In this document: positions 63,191 to 64,000 of the stretch, piece by piece
Position numbering within the stretch: position 1 is the stretch's first letter
Layout: each line of letters starts with the position of its first letter
NCBI GenBank assembly: GCA_030324005.1
Contig: JARDVH010000084.1
Coordinates: 91,356,867-91,420,866 of the forward strand
Length of the DNA: 64,000 bases
Direction of reading: 5' to 3'
DNA from: Negaprion brevirostris
Taxonomy: Eukaryota
Notes under the pieces: model-generated
The model's database searches: none
What the model saw: the letters and a program-made list of their open reading frames with translations, nothing else
Told to the model about the DNA's origin: nothing
Translations under genes and position numbers: made by a program

Positions 63191-63654
63191 GACAGAAGAT
63201 GATTCTGGACAGTAGAAGAATACGCTGAATTGACGAGAACCTCGTCGCACAGCCCAAGAATCAATAATTTGCTGTGATAAATTCGGTGTCTCTTGAACGA
63301 TTTCCGAGGCAAATTTGGAGAGTGAGCTCCACGTCCTCTAATCAATTCTTCCTGAAGTTTTCAATCAGACGCTTTCATGCCATTATGCTGAGATTTGTTG
63401 CTAAAAGGACATTTCTGCATGAAATTTATGCATGAATGGAATATTCTCCAGGTGAGTGCCCCGAAGGTGACGATGGTTCAAATATTGATATTGTCAAGTT
63501 TGGATAAAAAATGTTATCCATTGCAGAATTCCTCGACGCGAATGAAACTCACAGGGACGCAATTAGAGCTACAATGAGTGGCATTGTTATATATTGGTTT
63601 GAAGAGGTGGAAACGTTAACTGTTGGTTGATGCAATTTTTAACAATTGATTTTG

Positions 63655-64000
63655 TGGGACTGGCGGGCAAGCATTTATTGCCCATCCTTAGTTGTCCTTG
63701 AGAAAGTAGTGGGGGGCTGCCTTCTTGAATCGCTGCAGCCCACATGCGTGGGTTGACTCACAATGCCGATAAGGAGGGGATTCTTGAATATTGAATTGCG
63801 ACTGCGATGGAACAGCGATATACTTCCAAGTCAGGAAGGTGGGTGGCTTGGACGGGAACTTGCAGGTATTGGTGTTCCCATGTTTCTGCTACCCTTGCCT
63901 TTCTAGATAGACGTGGTTGTGGGTCTAGAAGGTGCTGTCTAAGGATTTTTGGTGATTTGTTGGAGTGCATCTTCCAGTTAGTACACCCTGCTGCTAACGA
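63655..64000 (-). mobile_element. LINE 3' end (12640 family)
   Basis: gcaagcatttattgcccatccttagttgtccttgagaa; minus MHSNKSPKILRQHL. Confidence 0.88.

Larger units (their letters stand above)
60290..63650 (+). pseudogene. ADGRA3-like: ADGRA2/3-like adhesion GPCR pseudogene, copy 7 (N-terminal half; likely continues beyond window)
   Basis: QVVSYILE (~60406; KVVCSSLE), FLLENTNLAYI (~60484, LRR), DCLSTSSEF (~61264; GCLNADIF), GNTSPLLQC (61963; GDSLPFQC), YNCYL (~62146; HNCSL), DRR*FWTVEEY (63191; DRGGFWADDDY), MVQI..LD (~63473; MVDI..AD). Confidence 0.8.

Noticed and set aside
1-64000. CRISPR arrays, rRNA or prokaryotic systems
   Set aside because: No regularly spaced repeats, rRNA or operon-like ORFs; the sequence is vertebrate-type genomic DNA.

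Overview
Eukaryotic, repeat-rich, gap-containing scaffold, very probably from a shark or other cartilaginous fish (HE1-type and Deu-domain SINEs, CR1, L2, Rex1/Babar and two Penelope families). I see no intact protein-coding gene; the long ORFs in the track are N-gap read-throughs, TE fragments or pseudogene pieces. Nearly all DNA between the transposons reads, across stops and frameshifts, as a tandem array of at least seven decayed, apparently intronless ADGRA2/ADGRA3 (GPR124/GPR125)-like adhesion-GPCR genes (LRR-Ig-HRM-GAIN/GPS-7TM-tail). Two copies lie on the minus strand (~3.7-12.4 kb) and five on the plus strand (~22.1-63.6 kb), diverging from a TE-filled centre and packed almost without spacer. 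Reference motifs were recalled from memory and aligned by eye, so boundaries are approximate and the family call needs a frameshift-aware search.
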